Assembly (NCBI GenBank): GCA_964472345.1
Contig: CAYYLB010000005.1
Coordinates: 1 to 38,938 of the forward strand
Direction of reading: 5' to 3'
DNA: 38,938 nucleotides
From: an uncultured Methanosarcinales archaeon
GTDB taxonomy: Archaea > Nanobdellota > Nanobdellia > Woesearchaeales > JAGLXL01
Under the pieces are notes generated by a model that saw only the letters and a list, made by a program, of their open reading frames with translations, was not told the DNA's origin and ran no database searches. Below, piece by piece: positions 8,608-16,778 of the stretch. The stretch's first letter is position 1, and each line of letters starts with the position of its first letter. Position numbers and translations under genes: made by a program.

Positions 8608-8727
8608 GCCCGGGTAGTATAGCTTGGACAGTATACGGGCCTCCGGCGGTTCGGAGCAAGCCTGCGACCGGGGTTCAAATGGCTGCGCGGACAGCTGCGG
8701 CGCGGCCTGAGCTTCCCCGCCCGGGCG
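8608..8727 (+). tRNA. tRNA-Arg(CCG) with two introns (37/38: 8647-8658; 59/60: 8680-8713)
   Basis: Acceptor GCCCGGG/CCCGGGC with G73; D arm GTAT-AGCTTGGACA-GTAT with A20; anticodon stem CGGGC/GCCTG with loop CT-CCG-G|A; T arm CGGGG-TTCAAA|T-CCCCG. Both inserts form bulge-helix-bulge(-like) motifs. TATA box at 8576-8583. Confidence 0.9.
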
Positions 8728-8779
8728 CCTTCTTCTCCGACAGAATGTGATATCAGCGAGTTGCAGGAACCTGAGGGCT

Positions 8780-9184
8780 TCAATCTGGCGGCGGAGCGCT
8801 GCCCCCTTTCCCGAGGCGCTCCTGCTTCTTCGCTTCCTTCCACAGCCGGTGCGCCTCCTCGAGCGACACCTCGCGCCCTTCGAAGATATAGGGCTTGCGG
8901 CGCTTCATCTTCTCGACAACGGAGCGCATGATCTCATCGACGGTGAAGTGGCCGGCATCCTCAGCAAAATGCGCGACCATGAGCACGTCCCACAGCACAT
9001 CACCAAGCTCTTCCCTGAGGTTCTGGTAGTCATGCCGCTCGAGCGCCTGCTTCAGCTCCTCAGCCTCGGACAGCAGCTCCCGGCCGTAGGATTCCACGCT
9101 CTGCTTCCGCGTCCAGGGGCAGCCCTGCCTGCATTTCCGCAGCGCAGCGATCAGCTCGTGAAAGGACTCACTGACGCGTTCCAT
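8780..9184 (-). CDS. mazG: MazG nucleotide pyrophosphohydrolase (single domain)
   Basis: GCPWTRKQ, EAEEL, LREELGDVL and KMKRRKPYIF motifs. Confidence 0.9.
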   Translation of the reverse strand: MERVSESFHELIAALRKCRQGCPWTRKQSVESYGRELLSEAEELKQALERHDYQNLREELGDVLWDVLMVAHFAEDAGHFTVDEIMRSVVEKMKRRKPYIFEGREVSLEEAHRLWKEAKKQERLGKGGSAPPPD

Positions 9185-9863
9185 GGGCAAAAACCTCGCG
9201 AATGAAACCGACTGCTGCTCCCAGCAGCTCTGCGTGATGCGTCTCCTGGGAGAATGGGTGATCAGCGCCGCGGATGATGTGCAGCCTCCCTGTTGCGATG
9301 TGCTTCTCAAGCTCAATGCTTTGCGCGATCGGGACGATATTGTCCTTGTCACCGTGGATGATGAGGAACGGGACTGAGATCTTTTCGGCCTCTTGATACA
9401 CATCAATCCCCAACAGCTTCTGGTACTTGATGTCGCGCGCGCGGAAGGGCTCGAATGTCGAGACCGGGCATATCGCGACCGCTGCGGCAATCGCTTTATC
9501 CCCGGCAGCCGCCAGTGTCACTGCAAGACCGCCGAGTGAACTTCCGATGACCGCGAGCTTCGTTTGATCGACAAAGCGCAGGCTCTGGGCATACGCAACA
9601 GCGGATCTCAGGTCGTCAACGCACCGGGCAGCATCGACACCATCGCGGCACTCACTCTCCCCATGGCAGTGGAAGTCAAAGCGGAGGAAGACCATGTCCG
9701 GGAAACAGGCAGCGAATGCAGCGCTGGTGCGGCCATCTTTGCTCATCCGGTAACCATGCGCCCGCACGACCGCAGGGAACGGCCCGATGCCGTCAGGAAC
9801 GTGCAGCCACGCAGCAAGATTCATCCCTTCGCTGTTGGTGAAGAAGACCTTTTCGGCCGGCAT
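9168..9863 (-). CDS. alpha/beta hydrolase
   Basis: HG, FDF..HGES, GSSLG nucleophile elbow, IHGDKD and GADH. Confidence 0.9.
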   Translation of the reverse strand: MPAEKVFFTNSEGMNLAAWLHVPDGIGPFPAVVRAHGYRMSKDGRTSAAFAACFPDMVFLRFDFHCHGESECRDGVDAARCVDDLRSAVAYAQSLRFVDQTKLAVIGSSLGGLAVTLAAAGDKAIAAAVAICPVSTFEPFRARDIKYQKLLGIDVYQEAEKISVPFLIIHGDKDNIVPIAQSIELEKHIATGRLHIIRGADHPFSQETHHAELLGAAVGFIREVFAHGTRQ

Positions 9864-10022
9864 GAAAGCGGCGCGCGGTTGGTGTTTAAATACGTTGCTG
9901 GTTGTTCGGGGTTAGTGCGTTGCGAAGAGACTGCGCGTCTCTGGCAACTCCTCGGATGCCTCGGAGTCATTCGCTGCGCGGCACTGCCAGCCCGCTCCGC
10001 CCGGGGCGTCCCCTGCCACGGA

Positions 10023-10043
10023 GGCCACTTTTTCTCCTGAGCC
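10023..10043. repeat. degenerate MITE right end
   Basis: GGCCACTTTTTCTCCTGAGCC resembles the MITE end GGCCACTTTTCTACAGAGCC and follows a hairpin-rich non-coding stretch (about 9915-10020). Confidence 0.45.
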
Positions 10044-10082
10044 TTGCACATATTTATAAACGCCTCCCCGTTTTTCCCGCGC

Positions 10083-12245
10083 ATGCCTGCAAGCCAAAAA
10101 AAAAAGCGCACGGCAGCGCAGCGGAAGCCGGGCGGCACAGCAAAGAAAGGGAAAAATGCAACTGAAAAGCCCCCCATCCCCGCCGCCGGCACCGACAAGC
10201 TCCTCATCACCGCCGCCCTGCCCTATGCGAACGCGGGCATCCACATCGGCCATCTCGTGGAGTATGTGCAGGCTGATATCTTCGTCCGCTTCCTCCGCCT
10301 GACAGGGAAAAAGCCATTGTTCCTCTGCGCCTCGGACACGCACGGCACGCCGATCGAGGTGAATGCGGAAAAGCTCGGCATCACGCCGGAAGCGCTGGTC
10401 AGGAAGTTCAACCATGAGCACCGCGAGGACTTTGCCGCATTCCACATCAGCTTCGATGATTTCTACACCACCCATTCGCCGGAGAACCGCGAGCTGAGCG
10501 AGCTCTTCTTCCGTGAGCTGCAGAAGAACGGCTTTCTCTACCAGAAGAAGATCAACGTGATCTCCTGCGGGAAATGCAGGCGCGTGCTGCCGGACCGCTA
10601 CGTGCGCGGCACCTGCCCCCACTGCGGCACGCTCGACCAGTACGGGGATGTCTGCGAGTCCTGCGGCCTTGCGCTGAAAGGCACCGATCTGCTCAACCCG
10701 AAGTGCAGCATCTGCAGCAGCACGCCGCAGCAGAAGGAGCGCGAGCACTACTTCTTCAAGCTGCACCTCTTCGCGGAGAAGCTGCGCGCCTGGCTGGAGG
10801 ACAACCGGAGCCTGCAGCCGGAAATCAGGAACCACATCCGCGAGTGGCTCGACAAGGGGCTGGAAGACTGGTGCATCTCCCGCGACGGGCCTTACTTCGG
10901 CTTCCTGATCCCGGGAGAGAAGGACAAGTATTTCTACGTCTGGCTTGACGCGCCCATCGGCTACATCGCGACGACGAAGCACTTCACCGCCCGCTGGCAG
11001 GACTACTGGAAGGATGAGAACGCAACCATCATCCACTTCATCGGCAAGGATATCATCTACTTCCATTTCCTCTTCTGGCCGGCCATGCTGCTCGCTGCCG
11101 GCTTCACGCTGCCAAAGGACATCGTCGTGCACGGCTTCCTGACGGTGAACGGCGAGAAGATGTCAAAGAGCAGGGGCACCTTCTTCACGGCGCGCGACTT
11201 CCTCAAGCTCTATGAGCCGGAGACACTGCGCTTCTACTATGCGCTGCACCTGAGCAAGCGGCTTGCGGACGTTGACCTGAACTTTGAGGATTTCCGCTCG
11301 GTGGTGAACAACACGCTCGTCGCGAACATCGCCAACTTCTGCTACCGCGTGCTTTCCTTTGCCGAGAAGAACTACGGCGGGAAGCTTGCGGTTGTGGCCG
11401 ATGAGCCGCTTGCCGCTGAGCTTACCGCATTGACGGAGCAGGCGCGCAGGATGTACGAGGCATACAACACCAAGGGAGCGCTTGCAGCGATCCTTGCGAT
11501 CTCGGACAAGGGCAACGCCTATTTCCAGGAGGCTGCGCCGTGGAAGAGCAAGGACAATGCGAAGAGCGCGGGAGCCGCGCAGGCTGCCGTCGCTTTTGCT
11601 GCGAACATCGTCCGGAACATTTCAATCCTGCTCTCCCCCGTCCTGCCGAAATTCGCTGAAACGATCCAGCGGCAGCTTGGCGAGAAAGGGCTGCGGTGGG
11701 GCGATCTCAGCTTTGGGAAGAATGTCCTTGTCAAGGGCGCGCAGCCGACGTTCACGCGCATCGAGCAGCTTCCGGCGTCAGCGCCATTCCCGCTCGACCT
11801 TCGCGTGGGGAAGATCATCTCCGCCGAGGACCATCCCAATGCGGACAAGCTCTACGTGCTGCAGGTTGACCTGGGAAACGAAAAGCGGCAGCTGGTCGCC
11901 GGACTGAGGCAGCACTACGAAAAGGCCGCACTGAAAGGCAGGCATGTCGTCGTTGTCGCAAACCTGCAGCCGGCGAAGCTGCGCGGCGCCGAGAGCCAGG
12001 GCATGCTGCTCGCGGCGGACGACGGCTCGGTGGTTTCTGTCCTGGAGGCGCCGAAGAGCGCGCCGGGCGACGCGGTGCATGCCGCAGGCTTCGCTTCGTC
12101 AACGGCGCACATCACCTTCTCCGACTTCACCAGGCTCGAGCTGCGCGTCAAGAACGGCAAGGTCTTCTGGAACAATGCGCACCTGCACACGGAGAAAGAG
12201 GATATTGCTGTTGCGGGAGTGAGGGATGGGGCGGTGGTGAGGTGA
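10083..12245 (+). CDS. metG: methionyl-tRNA synthetase with C-terminal tRNA-binding (EMAP/Trbp111) domain
   Basis: ALPYAN, HIGH, Zn-knuckles, YVWLDA, KMSKS and a C-terminal OB domain. TTTATAAA lies 22 nt upstream of ATG 10083. Confidence 0.97.
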   Translation: MPASQKKKRTAAQRKPGGTAKKGKNATEKPPIPAAGTDKLLITAALPYANAGIHIGHLVEYVQADIFVRFLRLTGKKPLFLCASDTHGTPIEVNAEKLGITPEALVRKFNHEHREDFAAFHISFDDFYTTHSPENRELSELFFRELQKNGFLYQKKINVISCGKCRRVLPDRYVRGTCPHCGTLDQYGDVCESCGLALKGTDLLNPKCSICSSTPQQKEREHYFFKLHLFAEKLRAWLEDNRSLQPEIRNHIREWLDKGLEDWCISRDGPYFGFLIPGEKDKYFYVWLDAPIGYIATTKHFTARWQDYWKDENATIIHFIGKDIIYFHFLFWPAMLLAAGFTLPKDIVVHGFLTVNGEKMSKSRGTFFTARDFLKLYEPETLRFYYALHLSKRLADVDLNFEDFRSVVNNTLVANIANFCYRVLSFAEKNYGGKLAVVADEPLAAELTALTEQARRMYEAYNTKGALAAILAISDKGNAYFQEAAPWKSKDNAKSAGAAQAAVAFAANIVRNISILLSPVLPKFAETIQRQLGEKGLRWGDLSFGKNVLVKGAQPTFTRIEQLPASAPFPLDLRVGKIISAEDHPNADKLYVLQVDLGNEKRQLVAGLRQHYEKAALKGRHVVVVANLQPAKLRGAESQGMLLAADDGSVVSVLEAPKSAPGDAVHAAGFASSTAHITFSDFTRLELRVKNGKVFWNNAHLHTEKEDIAVAGVRDGAVVR

Positions 12246-12601
12246 TCCTGCTGCGGGGCGATCGGGCACTACCCTCATGGCGCCGGCTCAGAAGAACCCA
12301 AACCGCACCAACAGGCTGAGGCCAGTAAGAAATAGGTAACTCGCTATGTTTGCCGCAATCACGAGTGCAGGGAGCGTTGCGCGCCAGCACCCCCCATCTC
12401 CAAAGAGGTTTTTATTTTGCCGAGGTGTAAAGCCCCGCAGCTTGCTGCGACTGGGATAGCCTCGGCACGTCGGTTACTATCATTCTTATCCTATTGTTGT
12501 AATTGTATAAATAACTTTATTACACAATTTTACAATAGTGTATAAATCTTTCGTTTTGAAGCAGCACTACTTCGCGGTCATTTCCTCGAAAAACTCCCGC
12601 C

Positions 12602-13264
12602 TCACTTCCCCCCAAACCGCCGCTCACGGCCGTTGAAGCTCTCGATTGCCTTCAACAGCTCTGCCTTGTCGAATTCCGGCCAGTACCTGCGGGAGAAGAA
12701 CCATTCGGCATAGGAGGCCTGCCAGATAAGGAAGTTGGATGTGCGCATCTCGCCCGACGTCCGGATGACAAGGTCAAGATCCTCAGGTATCCACAGGCCG
12801 CGTGAGACATTCTCTTCCGTCAGCGGCTGCTTGCTTCCCACAAGGCGCTGCACGGTGTCGAGGAGCTCTTCCCTGCCGCCGTAGCCGATGGCAAGGTTCA
12901 CTTTCATGGTGTTGTTCAGCTTTGTCTGCTCGGCGAGCTTGCTGCACTGCTCTGCGATGTCGGCAGGGAGCATCCCCAGACGGCCGACAGGATTGATGCG
13001 GATGTCGGTGCCTTTCCTCCACTGCTTGAGCTCCGCACGGATAAAAGTGAATAAGTGATTGAGTTCCTCTGCATCGCGCTTGAAGTTCTGCACCGACAGG
13101 GTGTAGAACGTCAGCTCAGCTATCTTCAGCTCGCGGCACCAGTCAATCACGTCGCGGAAGCGCGCAATCCCAACCTGATGGCCATACCACTCCGGCTTGC
13201 CCTGCGCACGCGCCCAGCGGCGGTTGCCGTCCGGTATGATGCCGAGGTGCCTGACCTGCTGCAT
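12602..13264 (-). CDS. uppS: cis-prenyltransferase (UppS); may now start at 13405 with a MITE-derived 47-aa extension
   Basis: HLGIIPDGNRRWA, SVQNFKR, YGGR and IRTSGEMRTSNFL motifs. Confidence 0.95.
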   Translation of the reverse strand: MQQVRHLGIIPDGNRRWARAQGKPEWYGHQVGIARFRDVIDWCRELKIAELTFYTLSVQNFKRDAEELNHLFTFIRAELKQWRKGTDIRINPVGRLGMLPADIAEQCSKLAEQTKLNNTMKVNLAIGYGGREELLDTVQRLVGSKQPLTEENVSRGLWIPEDLDLVIRTSGEMRTSNFLIWQASYAEWFFSRRYWPEFDKAELLKAIESFNGRERRFGGK

Positions 13265-13280
13265 CGGCGCACGGCGATTG

Positions 13281-13412
13281 GGCTCTGGTGAACGTCGCGG
13301 TTTACCGCCAGCGAGCGCTCGCGTTACTCGGAGAGCACGCCCTTGCGCTAGGCCCATTCGGGCGCGGAGTGCGGGCGTCTGGGCCGTAGCGAGCGGGACT
13401 ATCATCAGAGCC
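13281..13412. mobile_element. MITE, 132 bp, between the TATA box and the original start of uppS
   Basis: TIR GGCTCTGGTGA/TCATCAGAGCC (10/11). Flanking 9-bp repeat CGGCGATTG (13272-13280) and CGGCGTTTG (13413-13421). Removing it restores the 22-nt TATA-to-ATG spacing. Confidence 0.75.
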
Positions 13413-13427
13413 CGGCGTTTGCGGGAG

Positions 13428-13435
13428 TTTATAAA
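13428..13435 (-). promoter_or_regulatory. TATA box of uppS
   Basis: TTTATAAA, the same motif and spacing as at metG, 14722 and rps17e. Confidence 0.7.
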
Positions 13436-13449
13436 GAGTGCGGTAAACG

Positions 13450-13630
13450 GGCTTCGTAGAAAAGTGGCCTACGCGCCACCCCGGATGGGGCATCCCCCGG
13501 CGCACGCAAAAGCTTCGCTTTTGGTGCCCGCAAATCCCCGATTTGCTTGGCGTCAGCCGTCGAGCAGACCTCCGCCATTCGGCTCCGGTGCTGCTCCAGC
13601 TGACGGCTACGGCCACTTTTCTACAGAGCC
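13450..13630. mobile_element. MITE family A copy 1, 181 bp
   Basis: TIR GGCTTCGTAGAAAAGTGGCC/GGCCACTTTTCTACAGAGCC (18/20) and 8-bp TSD GGTAAACG (13442-13449, 13631-13638). Homologous to 16798-16930. Confidence 0.92.
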
Positions 13631-13767
13631 GGTAAACGAAAAAGCTCATTCTCTGTCAACTCCGGTGTATGTTCCCCTACACTCGACAACTGATAAGCTC
13701 CACTCGACAAGTGTCGCTGGAGCGTATATAAATCCGAAGCGCTTCCCCATTTCTGAGGTGATGTCCC

Positions 13768-13908
13768 ATGACAAGCTGGGTTGAAGCGGACAGGAAACAG
13801 GTGTTTGGCGTTGCGGAGCTTGACGACTCGTACCTGAAGAAAATACGGGCGCTGCTTGATGCGCGCATCCAGGAGCTCACTGCAGCCACGTATGGGCGTT
13901 CGCCGTGA
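13768..13908 (+). CDS. small hypothetical protein (46 aa)
   Basis: MTSWVEADRKQVFG...; GAGGTGA SD and a TATATAAA box upstream. Confidence 0.55.
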   Translation: MTSWVEADRKQVFGVAELDDSYLKKIRALLDARIQELTAATYGRSP

Positions 13909-13923
13909 AAAGGGGTGAGAAGA

Positions 13924-14052
13924 ATGTACAATGTCTACGATGAGGATGAGCTTGAGGAGAGCGTCGATGAGGATGAGCTTGACGCATCCGACGCGGGCTT
14001 TCTGAAGGGCTATGTTGGCTGCGCCGAGCGCATGCCTGGCACGAAGGCGTAA
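13924..14052 (+). CDS. small acidic hypothetical protein (42 aa)
   Basis: MYNVYDEDELEESVDEDELDASDAGFLKGY...; GGGGTGA SD. Confidence 0.55.
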   Translation: MYNVYDEDELEESVDEDELDASDAGFLKGYVGCAERMPGTKA

Positions 14053-14098
14053 CCGCGGCTGCGCAAATTATTTAAAGGGCGCACCGTGCGCGGCTCCC

Positions 14099-14668
14099 AT
14101 GGAAGTGCTGACCCAAAGTGAGGTGCAGATGCGCATGCATGAGCTGCTCACGCGCGTCCGCGACGGCGAGGTCTTTATTCATCCCACCGACACCATTTAC
14201 GGGCTCGGCTGCAATGCCCAAAGCCAGGCTGCCGTCAGAAAAATCCGCAAGCTGAAGGAGCGCCCGGACGCGCCATTCTCCATCCTGGTTCCGGGCAAGG
14301 GATGGATTCTGGAGCACTGCGAGGTCCCTTCGGAGATGGGGTCATGGCTGGAGAAGCTTCCGGGACCCTACACCCTGATCGTGAGGCTCAAGCATGCGAA
14401 AGCTATCGCCGCAGGCATCAACCCCGCGAATGGGACGGTGGGGGTGCGCCTGCCTGAGCACTGGTTTGCGGGGTTCATCGAGCGCCTTGGCGTCCCCATC
14501 GTGACGACGAGCGTGAACCGCGCCGGCAGGCGCTTCATGACATCGCTTGAGGATATTGATATCGATATCAGGAACGGTGTCCGGTTTGCGGTCTACGAAG
14601 GCGAGAAGCGCGGGCGGCCGAGCAAGATTGTGGATCTCACCGAAGGCGGTGCGGTGAAGGAGAGGTAA
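14099..14668 (+). CDS. sua5: threonylcarbamoyl-AMP synthase (Sua5/YrdC domain)
   Basis: PTDTIYGL, K.R, PGPYT, TVGVR and TTSVN motifs; TATA box 22 nt upstream. Confidence 0.93.
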   Translation: MEVLTQSEVQMRMHELLTRVRDGEVFIHPTDTIYGLGCNAQSQAAVRKIRKLKERPDAPFSILVPGKGWILEHCEVPSEMGSWLEKLPGPYTLIVRLKHAKAIAAGINPANGTVGVRLPEHWFAGFIERLGVPIVTTSVNRAGRRFMTSLEDIDIDIRNGVRFAVYEGEKRGRPSKIVDLTEGGAVKER

Positions 14669-14721
14669 AATCGTCACTTTTTAGGGATAAATTTATAAAG
14701 GGGCCTTTTGCTGCGATTCCC

Positions 14722-15318
14722 ATGAAAATCCTTGCGGCAAGCGATGTGCACGGCGACACCCGCTGGATCGAGCAGCTGGCAGCGAAAGCTGCGCACGAGA
14801 ATGTGGACCTGGTGCTGCTGTGCGGCGATCTCACGCTGAATGAGGCAAGCACCGAGAACATCGTAGGCCCGTTCAGGAAGCGCAGCCTGCGCGTCGCGCT
14901 GCTGCCGGGCAACCACGAGAGCGCCGCGACCACGGCTTTTTTGGCAGAGCAGTACAGCGCCCACCACCTGCACGGCTATGGCATGAAGCTCGGCGACATA
15001 GGTTTCTTCGGCGCCGGCCATGCCAATGTCGGCCCGCACCTGATTGACGATGACGAGCTCTTCGACCTATTGAAGAAAGGGCACCGGTATGTGAAAGACG
15101 CAAAGAGGCGGATCATGGTCACGCATGTGCATCCCTCCGGCGGGCTGATTGAGAAGATGTCGTTTGCCGGCAGCGCTGCGGTTCGGAAGGCGCTCGAGCA
15201 GTTCAAGCCGGACCTGCATCTCTGCGGCCACATCCACGAGTGCGAAGGGATCGAGGACACGATTGCGGGCGTGAAGAGCATCAACGTGGGGAAAGGGGGG
15301 AAGATTATTGAGGTTTAG
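14722..15318 (+). CDS. calcineurin-like metallophosphoesterase
   Basis: SDVHG, GD, GNHE and GHIHE motifs. Confidence 0.92.
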   Translation: MKILAASDVHGDTRWIEQLAAKAAHENVDLVLLCGDLTLNEASTENIVGPFRKRSLRVALLPGNHESAATTAFLAEQYSAHHLHGYGMKLGDIGFFGAGHANVGPHLIDDDELFDLLKKGHRYVKDAKRRIMVTHVHPSGGLIEKMSFAGSAAVRKALEQFKPDLHLCGHIHECEGIEDTIAGVKSINVGKGGKIIEV

Positions 15319-15334
15319 GGGGCGCGCTGCAAGC

Positions 15335-16021
15335 ATGCAACAATACGATCCTTTAACTGCTGAAACGTACGCCAAAGTTGGAATAACAGGCACATGGGTA
15401 TGCGGCTTTGGGGAAGTTGCACGGGCGTTAGGTCATATCCAAGGTAAAAATGTGCTTGATTATGGTTCGGGAACGGGAAGGTCCGCGAGATTCTTGGCCG
15501 AATTGGGTGCTAGGGTTACTGGAGTTGACATCGATCCAGAGATGGTCCAGAAGGCACAACGACTTCATCCTGACCTTGAATTCCGGCTCCTTGCTGAAGA
15601 TAGACGGATACCCGCCGATGATCAGACCTACGACGTTGCTTTAAGCGCATTTATGCATGTCATGGTTCCGGATGGCAGGATACTGCAGAAGATAGAGAGT
15701 GAGGTGGAGCGCGTGCTGAAGCCTGGCGGCAAATACATCACATTGACTGCAAGTCCTGAGGTGTGGGGCCATGAATATATCTCATTCCTGAGCAGATTGC
15801 CCAAAAAGTTTTCCAGAAGGGGTGGCGAGCGCGTTTATGTGATGCTTAAAGAAAAGCCACCCATTGACGGGTACGACCATTTCTGGTCAGAGCGGGATCA
15901 TGTTAGGTGGCTGCAATCTGCCGGTTTTAGGAATGTCAAGGTGACCAAACCGCGGCCTGAGAACGACCTGTCATCCATTCCGCCGTTTATGGTTATTACT
16001 GCTTGTAAAGAATCACGTTGA
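15335..16021 (+). CDS. class I SAM-dependent methyltransferase
   Basis: VLDYGSGTG, GVD and RVLKPGG motifs; AT-richer than its neighbours. Confidence 0.9.
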   Translation: MQQYDPLTAETYAKVGITGTWVCGFGEVARALGHIQGKNVLDYGSGTGRSARFLAELGARVTGVDIDPEMVQKAQRLHPDLEFRLLAEDRRIPADDQTYDVALSAFMHVMVPDGRILQKIESEVERVLKPGGKYITLTASPEVWGHEYISFLSRLPKKFSRRGGERVYVMLKEKPPIDGYDHFWSERDHVRWLQSAGFRNVKVTKPRPENDLSSIPPFMVITACKESR

Positions 16022-16162
16022 CCCTCAACTATCAATATGTTTTTTGTTAACTGAATAGGCCTAATTTATAATTATTGTTAATAGAAAACAAACCCGGTGT
16101 GTAGAGTGCCTGCTAAAATATCCACAGTCCACCAGCGCACCCGCCCCCATCACGAACGCCCC

Positions 16163-16456
16163 TCACGGCGTCTCTTCCTTCTTCGCCAGCGTGATCTCGA
16201 TGCTGCTCACGCGCACATTCCGGCCTTCGGTGTTGGTGAACTGCTCGCTGTCGATCCTGATGTCCTTCACCTCGACCGTGCCTTCGAGAAAACGCTTCGC
16301 CGCGACCTCGGCGACGTCAACGCCGCGGCTGATGAACTTGCCGCGCGCCTTGATGATGACCTCGCTTGCGCCTTTCGTCGTGAACTGCATCACCACGCCC
16401 GTCACATAGTTCATGAAGGGCTTGCTTCCGATGAAGATGCTGTTGTCGTCGCCCAT
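16163..16456 (-). CDS. albA: DNA/RNA-binding protein Alba
   Basis: IFIGSKPFMNYV, IKARGKFISRGVDVAE and VSSIEI motifs. Confidence 0.97.
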   Translation of the reverse strand: MGDDNSIFIGSKPFMNYVTGVVMQFTTKGASEVIIKARGKFISRGVDVAEVAAKRFLEGTVEVKDIRIDSEQFTNTEGRNVRVSSIEITLAKKEETP

Positions 16457-16476
16457 GGCAGTCTCACCCCGCCGGC

Positions 16477-16671
16477 CTATTCCGCTGCCTGCTTGCGCTT
16501 CAGGCGTGTTGCGTAGCCTGCAATCATGTTGCGCAGCTTCTTGCTCTGCGCATCGACATAGGTGTCCACCACCCGCTTGTTCTCATCGAACGTCGTCGTG
16601 AGCTCATCACGGGAGGTCTGGACAAGCTCGCGGGTCACCCTCTTGATCAGCCGTGTCTTGATCCGTCCCAT
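16477..16671 (-). CDS. rps17e: 30S ribosomal protein S17e
   Basis: MGRIKT..IKR, FDENK and SKKLRNMIAGY motifs; TATA box 22 nt upstream. Confidence 0.97.
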   Translation of the reverse strand: MGRIKTRLIKRVTRELVQTSRDELTTTFDENKRVVDTYVDAQSKKLRNMIAGYATRLKRKQAAE

Positions 16672-16778
16672 GCATGAGGCGCATCGCGGCCGCTTTATAA
16701 ACATTATGGCAAAGATTTAGTTACTAAAAAGTAGTAAAAATAGAAAAATATATAAAGGGGTGCGCCTTGCCGCGCCGC

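Noticed and set aside
8641..8659. Alternative anticodon readings (for example AGC/Ala, or Asp from the acceptor stem)
   Set aside because: Only the 37/38 cut fits BHB geometry. It gives CCG with G37 and the Arg identity element A20.
12246..12480. Hydrophobic minus-strand reading frame (..VIAANIASYLFLTGLSLL..)
   Set aside because: No convincing start codon or promoter spacing, and too short to support.
13280..13413. C/D box sRNA, 5S rRNA or SRP RNA upstream of uppS (TGATGA near one end)
   Set aside because: No CTGA D box and no 5S or SRP motifs. The TIR, 9-bp flanking repeat and restored promoter spacing fit an inserted element better.
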